NCBI GenBank assembly: GCA_013265495.1
Contig: MU057640.1
Location: 1,063,303-1,127,302 of the forward strand
Direction of reading: 5' to 3'
Origin: Vicugna vicugna
Taxonomy: Eukaryota
Length of the DNA stretch: 64,000 nucleotides
Shown piece by piece: positions 61,990-64,000 of this stretch; position 1 is the first letter of the stretch, and every line of letters begins with the position of its first letter. The position numbers were made by a program, and so were the translations under genes. The notes below the pieces were generated by a model, which was not told where the DNA came from, did not search any database, and was given only the letters and a program-made list of their open reading frames with translations.

Positions 61990-64000
61990 AGAGGATTTGA
62001 TGGTTTCCCTGCTAAATTCTATCAAACATTTAAAGAATTAATACCAATCCTTCTCAAACTCTTCCAAATAACTGAAGAGGTGGGGACACTCCCAAACTTA
62101 TTTTGGGAGGCCAGCATTATCCTGATATCAAAGGCAGACAAGGACATGGTAAGAAAAAAAAATTACAAGCCAACATCCCTGATGAACACTGACACAAAGC
62201 CCTCAACAAAATACGAGCCAACTGAATTCGACAGCACATTAAAAGAATCATCTACCACAATCCAGTGGGATTGATCCTTGAGATACAAGGATGGCTCAAC
62301 ATATGCAAATCAATAAATGTGATACAACACAGTAACAGAATGAGGATAAAAATCATAGGATCATTTCAATAGATGCAGAAAAAGCATCTGACAACAGTCA
62401 ACATTCATTCATGACGAGAAAAAAAAAACTCAACAAATTAGGTGCAAAAGAAATAAACCTCAACATAATAAAGGCTGTATGTGACAAGCCCACAGCTAAC
62501 ATCATACTCAACAGTGAAAAGCTGAAAGCACTCCTTCTAAGATCAGGAAAAAAACAAGAATGTCCACTCTCACCACATCTATTCAACACAGTACTGGAGG
62601 TCCTAACATTTAGGCAAGTAAAAGAAACAAAAGGCATCCACATTGAAAAGGAGAAATAAAACTGTCTCTGCATCTGCATCATTGCAGATGACATAATCTT
62701 ATATATGTAAAACTCTATACAGTTTTACCAATTCTACAAAAAAAAAACTATTAGAATTAGAAAATGAATTCAGTGAAGCTGCAGAACATAAAATCAACAT
62801 ACAAAAATCAGTTGCATTTCTATACCCTAAAAATAAATTATTTGAAAGAGAAATTAAGAAAGCAAATCCATTTATGATAACATCAAAACAATAAATTCTT
62901 AGGAATAAATTTAACCAAGGAAGTCCAAGACCTGTACACTGAAGACTATAAGATATTGATGAAAGAACCAGAAGACACAAATAAATGGAAAGTATCCCAT
63001 GTTCATGCATTGGAAAAATTAATAGTGTTAAAATACCCATACTGTCCAAAATGATTTATGGAGTCAATGCAATCCCTATTAAAATTCCAATGGTATTTTT
63101 CACAGAATTAGGAAAAATTATCCTAAAATTCATACAGAACCAGAATAACCAAAGAAATCTTGAGAAAGAACAAAGCTGGAGGCATCACAATTCCTGATTC
63201 CAAACTATATTACAAAGCTATAGTAATCAGAACAGTGTGGTACTGGCATAAAAACAGACTGATGGAACAAAATGGAGAGTCCAGAAATAAACCCACACAT
63301 ACATGGTCAACTAATCATTGACAAGGACATCAAAGACACACAATGGGGAAAGAATGATATCTTTAATAAACAGTGTTGGGAAAACTGGAATCCACATCCA
63401 AAGAGTGAAACTGCATCCCTATCTTATACCACTCACAAAAATTAACTGGAAATGGATTAAAGACTTTAATATAAGACCTGAAACTGTAAAACTCCCAGAA
63501 GAAAACACAGGCAAAAAGCTCTTTACATTGGTATGGGTGATGATTTTAGGTATGACACTAAAAGCACAGCCATAACAGCAAAAATAAACAAGTGGAACTA
63601 CAACAAACTAAAAAGCCTTCTGTATAGCAAAGGAAACAATTGACAAAACAGAATGGCAACCTACAGAATAGAAATTATGTATAAACTTTATCTCATAAGG
63701 GGTTAATATCTAAAATATATAAGGAACTCATACAACTCAATAGCAATACTAATCCAATTTAAAAATAAGCAAAGAACCTAAACAGACATTTGACAAAGAA
63801 GACATCCAAATAGCCAACAGGTACATGAAAAGATGCTCAACATCACTAATCATCAGGGAAATGCAAATCAAAACCATAATGAGATATCACCTCACACCTG
63901 TTAGAAAGGCATTATTCAAAAACTAAGAGATAACAAGGGTTGGAGCAGATGTGGAGAAAAGGGAACCCTTGTACTTTGTTAATGGGAATGTAAATTGGTA
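61990..64000 (+). mobile_element. L1 ORF2 (RT domain onward), pseudogenised, runs off the window
   Basis: [48 protein letters not shown] (the FADDM motif) at 62681-62695, with many frameshifts. Confidence 0.95.

Noticed and set aside
53400..64000. L1 ORF2 fragments as active or domesticated reverse transcriptase
   Set aside because: Both copies are 5'-truncated with multiple frameshifts and stops.
1..64000. Prokaryotic-type systems (CRISPR, operons, defence islands), and L1 strand bias as evidence of gene orientation
   Set aside because: The sequence is clearly mammalian with no repeat-spacer arrays. L1 fragments occur in both orientations in similar numbers, so orientation is uninformative.

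Overview
Mammalian (eutherian) genomic DNA, most likely a camelid. That call is an inference from one tRNA-Ala-derived SINE, cetartiodactyl-type L1 3' ends, and the absence of Alu, B1/B2, Bov-A/BovB, PRE-1 or Can-SINE. Roughly half or more of the window is transposon-derived: L1 of several ages, L2, MIR, MaLR/ERVL LTRs including one complete LTR-internal-LTR MaLR, and hAT and Tc1/mariner fossils. It also holds a 41-nt 5S rRNA fragment, simple repeats and one 71-nt N gap. I recognise no intact protein-coding gene. The ORF track is explained by L1/L2/MaLR/mariner remnants, simple repeats and chance. The repeat-free islands in the left half carry several short minus-strand segments with good splice signals and three promoter-like motif clusters (~12.2, ~21.9, ~29.3 kb). 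These suggest the 5' region of an unidentified multi-promoter minus-strand gene, but this is unverified inference. I found no evidence for a genuinely new biological system. The best-supported curiosities are retrotransposition events: re-use of one L1 target site with a twin-priming inversion, and a tailless 5S insertion. Repeat family names come from recalled consensus sequences, and their boundaries are approximate.
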